NCBI RefSeq assembly: GCF_006345805.1
Contig: NC_042999.1
Coordinates: forward strand, 18,476,001 to 18,540,000
Origin: Octopus sinensis
Lineage: Eukaryota
DNA length: 64,000 nucleotides
Reading direction: 5' to 3'
Below the pieces are notes generated by a model. It was not told the origin of the DNA. It saw only the letters and a list, made by a program, of their open reading frames with translations, and searched no databases. Positions 40,700-52,960 of this stretch are shown piece after piece. The position numbers and the translations under genes are program-made. Every line of letters starts with the position of its first letter. The stretch's first letter is position 1.

Positions 40700-41241
40700 T
40701 TATTCAAAAAGAAAGAGCAAATTTCAAATTTATTTTGAAAACAATCGGTAAGAGACACAAAACTCATTCAACATGTTTCTTGATATGGGAGGGCGTAAAG
40801 CTTATAGCTGAACATGATCAATTGAATGAAGCCTGAAATAACATAATATTTTAAGTTTCATCTAATGCTTCAATTTTTTCATTTTATTTAAAGTTGTATA
40901 ATTTTTATTTGAGTAATCTCTTACAAAATAGCGACGCCACAAGTAAAGTCATTTTGTGTGCTGCAGTTTGAGAAATACGAATCGATTGTGCAAGTGCAAT
41001 TCAATAAAAATCCACCTCGTCACAAGCAACTTCACAAATGGCATAAAAATTTCAGTGAAAAAGGTTGCATTTGTAAAGGAAAAATTACCGGTGCTCATGG
41101 GGCTCATGTTGAGTACATACTATCGAAAAATAACCTTCAAACCCTTCTCATTCAAGAAATATGTAGAATGTGTTTGTGTCTGTTACCATTTGTCTTAAAA
41201 GTAAATTTAAATTCTGCTCCTTTTTCTTGAATAACCCTGTA
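40700..41241 (+). mobile_element. Internally deleted Tc1/mariner-superfamily transposon
   Basis: VLQFEKYESIVQVQFNKNPPRHKQLHKWHKNFSEKGCICKGKITG resembles the transposase N-terminal HTH (DUF4817-like). Right TIR TTCTTGAATAACCCTG-TA matches left TTATTCAAAAAGAAAGAGC. Confidence 0.75.
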
Positions 41242-41572
41242 TATATATATATATGGGCGAGAAAAAAAGCAACAAGAATGGATTAGTTTTTAGTACAATT
41301 GTTTCATACAAAGACAGGCTTTATTAAAAGCTGCAAATATTGCAGCAAATACAAGTGTCCCGTACTCATCAGCTAAAACACATATGAGTTCTCCAAACAT
41401 CTTAGTGGGTGATGCTACACTCATGAAGTATCGGAGATAATTTTATAAAAAGCAAATTCAGGTTGTAAGCGGACTTCCAAAGTTCTTTAATGATGATGCA
41501 CAGTCTTATCACAGGTTTTAAAAAAGCTTATTAGCTTCACAGAGAAGATGAATCAATCCATATATATATAGG

Positions 41573-41627
<55 letters not shown>

Positions 41628-41629
41628 AT

Positions 41630-41812
41630 CCAAACAAGAAAGCCCAAAAAGCACAACAACGCGAGGACGTGGAACGAATATAGTATTGTTGGACACTCAG
41701 GAAAGAAGGAAAGAAGGAGGGTTTAACGTTTCGAGCGGAGCTCTTCGTCGGAAACAAAGGAGAAGGAAAGATCCAGAGAAGGGAAGACAGAGGAAAAAAA
41801 ATCGCCAACGGT
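41630..41812 (-). mobile_element. Penelope-like pLTR-derived repeat
   Basis: Homologous to 62340-62545 in the opposite orientation; contains a hammerhead motif. Confidence 0.6.
41721..41755 (-). ncRNA. Minimal type I hammerhead ribozyme motif (U4C)
   Basis: Minus strand reads gttt-CCGACGA-a-gagc-tcc-gctc-GAAAC-GTT-aaac. Helices I and II are perfect; helix III is the palindrome ACGU. Confidence 0.65.
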
Positions 41813-42029
41813 TATATGTATGTATGTATGTATGTATATAAATTAGGGAAGAACCAAGGAAATAGCAATGATGTAATTAAATTATACCAATAATTAAATA
41901 AAGTATAAAATGATAAATAAAAAGTATATTGCTAAGTGTGATCCTCTACCCATCATACAGAAATGAGTTTTTCCATTTTCTTTTTACTGTCTGAAGCACA
42001 AATCCAATGATATTTTGCTTTATTTCTGA

Positions 42030-42325
42030 GGAGGCACATGGCCAAGTGGTTCGAGCAGCAGACTTGTGGTCGAGGGATCGTAAGTTCGAATCTCAGACTA
42101 AGTGATGTGTGTGTTTACGAGCGAATCAAATAAGTTCCAGGCGTCTCCAGCAGAAGGTAATGGCGAACTTCTGCTGTTTCTTTCGTCACAACTTTTTCTC
42201 ATTGTTTCTTCCTGCATCTAGCAGATCCCTTGCGACAGACCGGCGTTCCGTTCAGGTGGAGAACATATAAGCCAATGAAACAGAAAAACCGGCGCTTCTC
42301 TTCCAGGCATGGCTCGAGAAGGAAC
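42030..42325 (+). mobile_element. SINE family M
   Basis: GGAGGCACATGGCCAAGTGGTTCGAGCAGCAGAC..AGTTCGAATCTCAGAC; body matches 2631-2940. Confidence 0.8.
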
Positions 42326-42344
42326 ACACAACAACAAGAGTTTC

Positions 42345-42532
42345 TTTCTATTCTTATACTTGTTTAAGTTATTTGACTACGGCCATGCTGGAGCACCGTG
42401 TTTAGTCGAACAAATCGATCCCAGGACTTATTCTTTGTAAGCCTTGTACTTATTCTATCTGTCTCTTTAGCCGAACCGCTAGATTACGTGTACATAAATA
42501 TACCAACATCGGTTGTCAAGCGATGGTGAGGG

Positions 42533-42568
<36 letters not shown>

Positions 42569-42746
42569 GTGTGTGTGTGTATACGACGGTCTTCTTTCAG
42601 TTTCCGTCCACCAGATCCACTCACAAGGCCTTGATCGACCCGAGGCTATACTAGAAGACACTTGCCAAAGTTGCCACGCAGTGGGACTGGACCCGAAACT
42701 ATGTGGTTGGTAAGCAAGCTACTTACCACACAGCTACTCCTGCACC
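42345..42746 (-). mobile_element. SINE family B
   Basis: Near full-length reverse-complement copy. Confidence 0.88.
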
Positions 42747-42760
42747 TATAAAAACATGCA

Positions 42761-42810
42761 TTCCCATGCTGGGAATCGAACCCGGATCGCCTGGGTGAAA
42801 GCCAGGAACC
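42761..42810 (-). pseudogene. 5'-truncated tRNA-Glu(TTC) fragment
   Basis: Minus strand reads GGTTCCTGGCTTTCACCCAGGCGATCCGGGTTCGATTCCCAGCATGGGAA: anticodon arm CCTGG-CTTTCAC-CCAGG, T arm and 3' acceptor strand. The 5' acceptor strand and D arm are absent. No CCA; followed by TGCATGTTTTT. Confidence 0.85.
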
Positions 42811-43158
42811 TATAACTATTCTTACTTAATATATTCTAACTTTCAAACATAAGTAGTTCAGTATATATTTCAGAGTGTGAGTTGCAGAAAGTACCAAAGT
42901 TCCATTGTCCTCTCCATTAACAATATTCTCTCATCTCATTTATATTACTAAAGAGCAAGTAAGTTTTCAATGATATGTAGTTAATGCTATCTTCCTCATA
43001 ATAGCGTTAACATGACGAAATACGTTAGATTCTTCAAATATTTGTATATATACACGGCTCTTTGGTTTATTCTACTATACCATTTTCGTTTATAAATATA
43101 ACATCATTTTATTTCGGGAATATGTATATCCAGCAGGAAAATATCCTTTTATTATTAA

Positions 43159-43191
<33 letters not shown>

Positions 43192-43626
43192 AGTTTCTAT
43201 TATTGTTGTTGTTATTATTTTATTTTGGCCTTCTTTTATGCTGGCTTAAATATTTTCCTCCGAGGCCGCAATGTTACCGTGGAATAGACGATTTGCTTTC
43301 CACATTTATGTCGTTAAAAAAGCCTAGTTCCCAAGGTGTATATGAACGTGTCTATGTACACTAGTGTTTGTATTTATATAAGTATATATACATAATTCTG
43401 ACAACTGAAGTGCTGATGCAAGCTACTGAGCCAGAGACATTTGTTAACGACTGTTCGTTTATCTGCAGACAATAAACCTGTCCTTTTCAATAATGGTATA
43501 TCAGCTTTGGAAAATTCTTGAATCTTGAGATTATTATGCCATTTTCAAGTCGAGCTTGTAATTATGATACGTCCTCTAGAGACGACGATGATGAATGACT
43601 TGTTTTATAATAGCTTACTTACCTGA

Positions 43627-43908
43627 AGGCGGCGAGCTGACAGAAGCGTTAGCACGCCGGGCGAAATGCCTAGCGGTATTTCGTCTGTCTTTTCGTTCTG
43701 AGTTCAAATACCGCCGAGGTCGACTTTGCCTTTCATACTTTCGGGGTCGATAAATTAAGTACCAGTTGCACACTGGGGTCGATTTAATCGCCTTGATCCG
43801 TTTGTCTATCCTTGTTTGTCCCCTCTGTGTGTAGCTTCTTGTGGGCAGTAAAGAAATAAGTATTTCATCTGCCACTACGTTCTGAGTTCAAATTCCGCCG
43901 AGGTCGAG
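43627..43908 (+). mobile_element. SINE family A plus short headless unit
   Basis: GGCGGCGAGCTGACAGAAGCGTTAGCACGCCGGGCGAAATG head; restart at 43859. Confidence 0.9.
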
Positions 43909-44109
43909 TTTTACTTACCTCTATATCTCTGTTACTCAGATACATACCAGTGGCCAAGATATGGTATTTCCCATAGCTCATATATATGTTTATATTATAT
44001 ATTACATGTATGATACATCTAGATAAATAAGTTTTTGGCAAAACATGTTATGAAACTATTATAGTATTTCTAAATAATGATTTCCAATTTTTACCTCAAT
44101 AGCAGCTTG

Positions 44110-44292
44110 TGGGAGGGGATGGAGTAGGTTACATCGACCGCATTGCGTTACTGGTACTTATTTCAACGACACTGAAAGGACGAAAGACAAAGTTGACCTC
44201 GGCGGAATTTGAACTCAGAAAGCAGAGGCAGACGAAATACCGCTCAGCCTTGTTGCCTTGCGTGTTAACGATTCTGTCAGCTCCCCGCCTTA
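44110..44292 (-). mobile_element. Degenerate SINE family A
   Basis: GACCTCGGCGGAATTTGAACTCAGAA..CAGCTCCCCGCC. Confidence 0.75.
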
Positions 44293-44305
44293 TAGCAATC
44301 TTAAA

Positions 44306-44906
44306 CAAGAGCACTCAAAAAGTGCGTATCTCTGCCAAGGCAACACCAACAGTTAGCCAGAGATGATTTTTAAAATGAGAATTTCTGAAATAAACATGAC
44401 TGCTCTCACAAACGAGAATACTAAATATGAACCCGGTTGCTCTCAAAAATTAATAAAAATAAAAAACGGAAAAATAATTTCGATCCTTTGTCCGGTAACG
44501 GATCAATCTTAAAATCTAATCGGTTCGTGCCAGTCACGTGGCCGAGCATCTCTGAAAGTTTCATCCTAATCCATCCAGCGTTTCTTAAGATATCTTGTCC
44601 ACGGAAAGGCGGCGAGCTGGCAGAAACGTTAGCCCGCCGGGCGAAATGCATAGCCGTATTTCGTTCTGAGTTCAAATTCCGTCTAGGTCGACTTTGCCTT
44701 TCATTCTTTCGGGGTCGATAAATTAAGTACCAGTTACGCACTGGGGTCGATGCAATCGACTTAATCCGTTTGTCTGTCCTTGTTTGTCCCCTCTTTGTTT
44801 AGCCCCTTGTAGGTAATAAATAAACAGATATCTTGTCCACTGACAAACAAACAAAGAAATGCGACTGAAAACAATACCTCTGCATTCGCTAAGGCGAAGG
44901 TAATAA
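44306..44906 (-). mobile_element. Helentron/HINE-like non-autonomous element interrupted by a SINE
   Basis: Minus 5' end ATTACCTTCGCCTTAGCGAATGCAGAGGTATTGTTTTC and 3' end CCTTGGCAGAGATACGCACTTTTTGAGTGCTCTTGTT resemble the widespread ATTACCTCCGCCAAGG..CCTTGGCGGAGGTATGCGCTCT type elements. Confidence 0.55.
44603..44825 (+). mobile_element. SINE family A with 15-bp target-site duplication
   Basis: AGATATCTTGTCCAC at 44588-44602 and 44826-44840 flanks the copy. Confidence 0.92.
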
Positions 44907-45925
44907 TGTCTTTCAATTAATTTTCTATCATCTATCAATTCATAAAACATCTGTATCTGTGTGTGACATGTTTAGCTTGCATTTAATCTGTGGCGATAAA
45001 GGGTTAATGCTACTACTTGAAATGCGAGATATCTGTTACGCAGCCGAAACGTATGTTTATGGGTGCGCAGAGTTCTTTCTATTGCAATTTTATTGATATA
45101 TATCAATTCTTCACAAAAAAATTGTTTTAGTGTGTCAAGATCATTGCATTATGAATAAGATTGAGTTGAGTATTCTATATATTACCAATGTAGTTTTAAT
45201 TAATGTTGCCCAGATAGGTTTATTCGACTATACATTTATGATAGATTTTATATTTTGTCAATGTATTTCTCGTCAATATGAATTGGGTTTAAACATAAAT
45301 TTAAAATTCAATTTTTTCTTTTAATATAGTTTTCAGAATTCATGCTGAAAATATGAGTATGGGATTTCCTGACAGGAAGAACGAAATATTATTCATAACA
45401 TAAAAACGACAAGTTAACATAAGACTTACAAATGCAATAGGCAACGGAGAAGCCGGGAGAGAAACATTTTTTCTATATTCATATATTTCATCAATTTATC
45501 TAGAAATAATTTCCGATGTTGGAACAAGAAAAAAAACTGTCAAATAACATGCACTATAAAAGAATACATACAACATATGAAGCAAGTTTTTCTTACGTGA
45601 TGCATTAGATGCAAGTATGACGCTAGTAAAGAAGCTCGCTTGTAACACAGTACTTTCGGTTTCAATCCCACTTCACAGCACCCTAGGTGAATATGATCGA
45701 GATTTCCGTCAACTAAATTCACTTACGAAGAATTGGTCGACATGGACCGATCAATTTGGTTAACGGAAACTGTGTGTAAGCTTGTCACGCATATGTGAGT
45801 GTGTATTTTGGTGTTTGTCACATCCTTACACCACTTGGTAACAAGAGTTGGTTTGTTTACGTCCCCGCTACATAATGGCTGGCCAAAAGATAGAGATAGT
45901 ATAATTTTATTTATTTATTTATTGA

Positions 45926-46219
45926 TACGCCCTTTTCAAGCCTAGCCAGGCTCATGGGACCGGTTTCCTGGTTATTATGGCGTATGTGTTCCCCCCAGCT
46001 GGACGGGAGCCAGTCCATCGCAGCATTACGCAAGAAACAGGAAGAAAGAGAGAGAGAAAGTTGGGGCGAAAGAGTGCAACAGGGGTCACCACCACCCCCT
46101 GCTCCTCGTGGAGCTTTAGGTGTTTCCGCTCAATAAACACAACGCCCGGTCTGGGAATCGAAACTGCGATTCTTCGACCGCGAGTCCGCTACCCTAATCA
46201 CTGGGCCATTGCCCCTCCA
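45926..46219 (-). mobile_element. tRNA-derived SINE (family D head, different tail)
   Basis: rc GGAGGGGCAATGGCCCAGTGATTAGGGTAGCGGACTCGCGG..GTTTCGATTCCCAGACCGGGCG. Confidence 0.8.
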
Positions 46220-48564
46220 CAATAGTATAATTACCAGGCTTAAAAATAGAAAATAAATACTGAGTGAAACAAATTAAAAGATAAGAAATGCAGACGAATT
46301 GTGAAATATAGTGTTTAGGTAATCAGTTTTAGAATCTCCGTACACTTTTATGTTGGCTGTTGTAGAAACAAGCAGAGAAAGGTGACATATTGTTAGGCTT
46401 ACGACGATGCTTGATATTCCCTGGCGAAGTTTGGTCAGATTTACAATGCGTTTTACTGAAGTTCATACTGAATACTCCAACAATCAGTGGTGAAAAGCTA
46501 TTCAGTGAATGCTGATATTAGAAGCCACTATTTATTACTCTAAAGAGTTTTATGCCACTTTCCCCGATCGTAAAGTTCTGTTGCTAGCCCTAGTGCAGAT
46601 TTAAATGATTGCAACGTCCTTCTCTAATTATTCTACTATTCAACTATGCTAAAACCGATTAACAATCAAACACAATTATGATAAGCATCGATTCAAAGAC
46701 AAGTGAAAAACTAGAATAATAATGTAGTATATTATGAGACTAGACGATTACATTATTAGAATTTCACCAATATCATGTTAGGATAATCATAGCTAATTAA
46801 ACATATAAGGTTCAATAAAGATTTTTAAAACGTTATAATTGAAGCATATCAATCTTAAATCCATCCATCATTCGCAGAGAAATGATTTTAGTAATAATTA
46901 CGAACTTAACCATAAAACACACGCAATTTGTTCAACAAATGTATGTATGCATGAATATATGCAAATATATATATATATATGTATGTATATATGCATGCAT
47001 GCATGCAAGTATGCATGTGTGTGTGTTATCATACTATTCCACAGCCATACCAAGAATCCTACATGCCCCCATCATTAGCTGGTCCCATGGATATCATTAT
47101 GGTTTCGACACTTAGGCAGTACCATTCAATCTGACGTTGACAACAGCACTAAAATAAGTGTTGTTTGAGAACACACGCAGCAAAGAAACCCGAACTTTCA
47201 AACAGATTTACCCAATGTACAACGTATCGATAAATAAATTCCATAAGTAAATTAAAACCACTCCTAAATATGTAACTAAACAGCAACAACTCTATTAAGT
47301 AATACAAAAATTATAATCCCCACTGTCTTCCATAGTCTAATATAAAAGTAAAGCATAATAACCACATTATTTCAATCAATCAATATGTAAGCAGGATTAA
47401 ACACTAACTTTATTAAAATTACAGCAAGAGACAGATAAACCAATACACATTGTATTGGTATTAATAGTAAACTACAATAACTAAATTATATGCTAAATTG
47501 CGATATATATATATTTATTATATCAAACCACAAGATCTAATTAGCTAATTAAATGTTTCTCTTACAGTACAATGTAAAGCTGCGTGGCCTGTTAGTTATT
47601 GTGGTGCATTCATGACTCTGCCAATTGTAGCTTCGATTCTCAGATTACTTGGTGATTTGCGTTCCTGAGTAAGGCATTTTATTTTATGTTGCTCCAGTGT
47701 TCTCACTTTTAAACGAGTAACTCTGTGATTGACTGGCGTTTCGTTCTGAGGAAATGCTTATATCTCAGTCCTGTAGACACCTTGGCACCAAATAAACGAC
47801 CCTATGAGACCTAACACAGGAGGCACTTTAACAGTACTATCGGGGTACAATTTCATAACACATCATTTTATTATCTAAGTTACATAACGGTGTCCTAGCC
47901 AAGTAACTTTAAATTTAATTAAACGAATATAACTTATACTTAAAATAACTTTTGTCCAAGAAAATAAAATATCTCTATTTCTTTCTTGGTGCGGAAGAAA
48001 TGAAGTAATCACTCTTTCCCCCCCCCCCTTTTTTTTCCAGAACATATCCAGCTTGTAATTTTACAATTTTAGCTAACGTCTACGCTCCAAAATTATCTGA
48101 TGATTATTAATAACGGCCACTTCATTGTTATTCTATATTGCTAAATTTTTCTAATCCTGAATTCAACACAGTCAAACAAATACAATGATTGATCATCGTC
48201 GTTAACCGAGACTTGTTTTTGTTTTCCATAGAATATATTAGTTATGGACCTCTTCTTTCTTCAGCGGCTAAAACAACAATATAAGCATACCAGGTATTTT
48301 TAACAATCAGACATATTCAGTCTTATGAACATAAAAACGCACAGCTGATATTCATAGTTTGTTTTCTTTTTATTTGTTCAACCACTCTAGTTTTGCTGAA
48401 GTAGTAGTTTGAAGGGTTTTAGTTGCAAAATTAACCTTAGTACTGATTTTAAAAAAAAATCTGGTATTATATGTCTCTGTTGACGAACTACTAAAATACG
48501 GAGACGTAAACAAACTAACAAAGTTGTCAAGCTGTGAGTAAGCAAATACAGACACGAAGACTCA

Positions 48565-48980
48565 TACTCTTTCTCTTTTACTCTTTTACTTGTTTCAGAC
48601 ATTTAACTGCAGCCATGCTGGAGCACTGACTTTAGTCGACCAAATCGATATCAGGCATTATTCTTCGTAAGACCAGTACTTATTCTATCGGTCTCTTTTT
48701 GCCAAACCGCTAAGTTACGGGGACGTAAATACACCAGCATCGGTTGTCAAGCGATGTTGGGGGGACAAACACAGACACACAAACACACACACACATATAT
48801 ATACATACAGATACATACAACAGGCTTCTTTCAGTTTTCGTCTACCAAATCCACTCACAAGGCTTTGGTTGACCCGAGGCTATAGTAGAAGACACTTGCC
48901 CAAGATGTCACGCAGTAGGACTGAACTCGGAACCTTGTGGTTTGTAAGCAAGCTACTTAGCCCACAGCCACTCCTGCGCC
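48565..48980 (-). mobile_element. SINE family B
   Basis: Near full-length reverse-complement copy. Confidence 0.88.
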
Positions 48981-49515
48981 GAGAAAAAATACACATAGAA
49001 AATATATATAAATGCTACGGATTCCACACAGTTGCCATCTACTTAATTCATTCACAAGGCATTGTGGGGCCCAGGCTTATAGTAGAAGACACTCTAAGTG
49101 CTGTGCACTGGGGCCGAAACTTAAACCACATGTTTGCAAAACGAGGTTTTAAACCATAGATTCATGACTTTATCTTCATTTAACATGTACCATGTGAATA
49201 GAAATTATTATGCATTCCAAACTACTCATTAGAAAGTATCGAGAATATGGTAGAAGAAATGTACTAATTGTGCTACCACTCACTCGGCTATGTACATGGC
49301 CACAGTCAAATGACTGAAACAAGTATAAGAGTAAAATAGTATAGGGTTGACCTTTCTGATAATTTTCTGTTTTCATATATGCATCGTTGTCGGCTAATTG
49401 ATACGCTCTATGTTTCATGAGTTCAAAAAGTTGTACGTAATCGTGAGGTACGCTTATTGGAACAAAGTTTAACCGACATTCTCCCCACAAATGTTAACAC
49501 TGGTTTTGATGCTTA

Positions 49516-49735
49516 AGGCGGCGAGCTGGCAGAATCGGTAGAAGGCCGGGTAAAAAGTTTATTAGCATTTCCCTTGTCGATTGCATCGACGCCAGTGATC
49601 AACTGGTACTTTATTTATTGGTCCCGAAAGTAGGGAAGGTGAAGTGAGCCTCGGCAGAATTTGATCTCAGAATGTAAAGACGGAAGAATGACTGTTAAGC
49701 ATTTTATTCGGCGTGCTCACGATTCTGCCTGCTCC
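49516..49735. mobile_element. Degenerate SINE family A pieces in both orientations
   Basis: GGCGGCGAGCTGGCAGAATCG head followed by a reverse-oriented body. Confidence 0.65.
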
Positions 49736-50664
49736 TGTATCCAGTAAAATCGGAATAATGCTTAGTATTTCAAACACAGCGTCTGATAGTCAGTAATATA
49801 ATCTTTCATGATATGTTAATGCCCGTTGTAGAGTATCTTAACCCTTTATTTTTGCAATGTCCAATTCTATTCAGTTTTTTCTTCTCTGAAGTAGTTTTAA
49901 ATGTTAATTAAGTAAAAAGTAGAAAACGCTTTAAATTTGAAAATTTCGGAAATTTTGTTCAATCAGAAAAACGGTTAGTATTATTTGCATACATGGATTA
50001 TTATCTGCCTGTTTTCAAAGCAGCCACACTCAGTGGCAGTTTCTCTTCGCTCAAGTATTTCAGAGATATATTTCTTATTCGTGTTTCGTTCTCGGGTCAA
50101 GAAATAGTGATTTTCGTAAATCGTAAGCAAAACTACTTAAAGTAAGTGTTGATAAATTGTAAAGATTGTTCACTAATAATGAAAATGATAAGATCTGTTA
50201 AAGAAAATGTGAAAACAAAATGAAATCTCTGTAACTGATACTGTTGAAGCACAGGTTGTTAGATCACATTACGTAGCAAATACGCAGAACAAAGAAGCAG
50301 GAAACATTTGAATAGAAGTATACGATGATGTTTTAATCAAATTTAATTTTCAGAGGAAATAGTTGAAAAGTCGATGGAGAGTTGAATAGGCTAAAATTAG
50401 TATTGCAAAGGAAACTACCGCCAAGGAACTTACTAATGCAAGCGATGTCTCAGCGTAATTATCATAATTGAAACGAATATTCGGTTACCAACATCAATTC
50501 TGTTAGTTGGTAAAATAGTATAATAGTTATGATACCATTCTCCCGATTCAATATGATATTCCTCGTAGACAATTCACTTTCAGAATTTTATTGAATTAGT
50601 GAATTTAGTTTTGCAAGACTGTACTGCATTTCAATTATATATATATATATATATATATATATGA

Positions 50665-50699
<35 letters not shown>

Positions 50700-50705
<6 letters not shown>

Positions 50706-50763
50706 TAGATATGTTTCGATCAAAGATTGGTCCTGGCAATGTCTAACTTAATAGCACCACCTG
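50700..50763 (-). mobile_element. 3' stub of the same CR1 family as 29433-31620
   Basis: ATGTCTAACTTAATAGCACCACCTG is identical to 29485-29509, and AACTTAG abuts (TA)n. Confidence 0.8.
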
Positions 50764-50795
50764 AAATACCATATATATATATGGTATTTTTTTAA

Positions 50796-50938
50796 TATAA
50801 ACTTAAAGCTTATGTCGATCAACGTGCAATAACTAAGGAAACTAGTCTAATAAAGGGAATATATGCCCTCCACAGTCCCTTTATTAGACTACATTCCTTC
50901 GTCATAGAACGGTGATCGCCATAAGCTTTAAGATTATG
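50796..50938. repeat. Imperfect fold-back (~60-bp arms)
   Basis: TAGTCTAATAAAGGGA/TCCCTTTATTAGACTA is perfect; TTAAAGCTTATGTCGATCA/TGATCGCCATAAGCTTTAA has one mismatch. Confidence 0.8.
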
Positions 50939-50940
50939 TA

Positions 50941-51168
50941 GAAATACCTATTTCTTTACTACCCACAAGGGGCTAAACACAGAGAGGACAAACAAGGACA
51001 GACAAACGGATTAAAACGATTATATCGACTCCAGTGCGTAACTGGTACTTATTTAATCGACCCCGAGAGAATGAAATGCAAAGCCGACCTCGGCGGAATT
51101 TGAACTCAGAACGTAGCGGCAGACGAAATACCGCTGAGCACTTCGCCCGAGGTGCTAACAATTCTGCC
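50941..51168 (-). mobile_element. SINE family A
   Basis: Reverse-complement copy with GACCTCGGCGGAATTTGAACTCAGAACG. Confidence 0.88.
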
Positions 51169-52626
51169 AATTATTTACTGGATCGTGAATCACGGCTCGT
51201 TACTAAAAACAAACAAAACATTCGCACCGAAATATATATGCACACACACACACACATACACACACACACACACATATATATATAATACATACACACACAC
51301 TCATATATATTTACATGCATATATTCATATTCTACTATGAATATGGAGACTACCATGAAACGATACAAACATTGCCCACAATTGTTCGAATATTACTCAA
51401 CAAATTTCTAATAACCGACTGAAATATAACAGTATATAAATGTTTTAACTATGATAATCAGATGTGCAGTTTTTATGCCACAATTATGGAGTAGAGATGA
51501 TAAAAAGAGCGTATAATATTATGCAAAACGTTAGACAATACCTAAACAAATATATCTACGGAATACAATACAACTTTGTGTTGGATAATGGGAATTCAAA
51601 TAACAATATGTTAACTACGATACACTATCACGAAAACAAACGAAACAAGTAGTAAATTCCCAGAACATGAGAACAAACAGCGCTACATGCTTAGAGAATA
51701 ATAAAAGATATATGTCAGCAATATATAATACAACATGAAGAAAACCATAACCCCAGTGAAACAAGCTATCTCAACATTAAATATTACTACACAGCACATA
51801 AATGATATAGATACAACGGACTTAAAACGAATAATGCACGCCAGAGTATATTTAGTAATCAGTCAGAGAGAGAGAGAGATGGTGGTACACTTCGAAATAA
51901 AAATAAGTCCCGATATATAGGCAGGCATTAACGCACATATATAAAGCATCACACTCTAATCTAACGGCATCGTAAATTCTAAAAAAAAAAACATATTAAT
52001 TTAATTTAACTGGATTAAGTGTCGAGAATACAGAGTTTTAAATAATGAATGCATTACTCTAGAGTAAATAAAAATAAATGTTTTGAGGAGATAAAAGAAT
52101 ATTTTACAAAGGATTAAATAATAAAATAATACAATGCGAGGCGCCTAGAAGTCGGCTGAAGTAAAACTATTACCATGGAAAATCTAAACTAAAGAATCCT
52201 CATAAAACAGATGGACTAAATTATAGAACAAAATAATGGTAGATATAAATCTTGGTGAAGCACAAGTATGAGAACATATGACACGAGGACTACAAAGGAC
52301 GGCACGAGAGGAAGAGCTATACGAGGTCTATAAAATGAAAAGCAATTATATATCTAACACCCAAATACGGTCAATACAGGACTTATCGTATTGATGCAAT
52401 GAAAACATAAAACAAACATCAAAATTCAATTTGTAACATTTTTGTCGAAATTACGTTAAACATTGTATATTAGGTTAAGAAAACATGCATAAATTAGAAT
52501 ACTGGGTGTTGGGGTTTTCCCTCATTCTATGCTTTTCGTATGCAAGCTGGCGGGGCTTCTAACAAATATACTAAAATCACATAATTTGAAACATACCAAA
52601 AAACGATATTGACACCAACTACCAAG

Positions 52627-52960
52627 GGGATGAGCTGGCAGAAACGTTAGCACGCCGGGCGAAACGTGTAGCCGTATTTCGTCTGCCGTTACGTCCTGAG
52701 TTCAAATTCCGCCGAGGTCGACTTTGCCTTTCATCCTTTCGGGGTCGATAAATTATGTACCAAATAGGCACTAGGGTCGAATCCCTTTGTCTTGTCTGTC
52801 ATTGTTTGTCCCCTCTATGTTTAGCCCCTTGTAGGCAAGAAAGAAATAAAAAATGTAATCACTCCGGGTGGAATGCTTAGCGGTATTTCATCTGTCCTTC
52901 GTTCTGAGATCAAATTCCGTCGAAGTCGACTTTGCCTTCCATCCTTTCGGCGTCGATAAT
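52627..52960 (+). mobile_element. SINE family A plus partial second copy
   Basis: GATGAGCTGGCAGAAACGTTAGCACGCCGGGCGAAAC head. Confidence 0.88.

Noticed and set aside
43062-43364. 100-aa ORF with a poly-Leu 'transmembrane' stretch
   Set aside because: The Leu run comes from a (TTA)n microsatellite.
47570-47670. Strong acceptor TGTTTCTCTTACAG with downstream GTAAGG
   Set aside because: The enclosed sequence is a decayed family-C SINE head with stops; exonisation cannot be shown from sequence.
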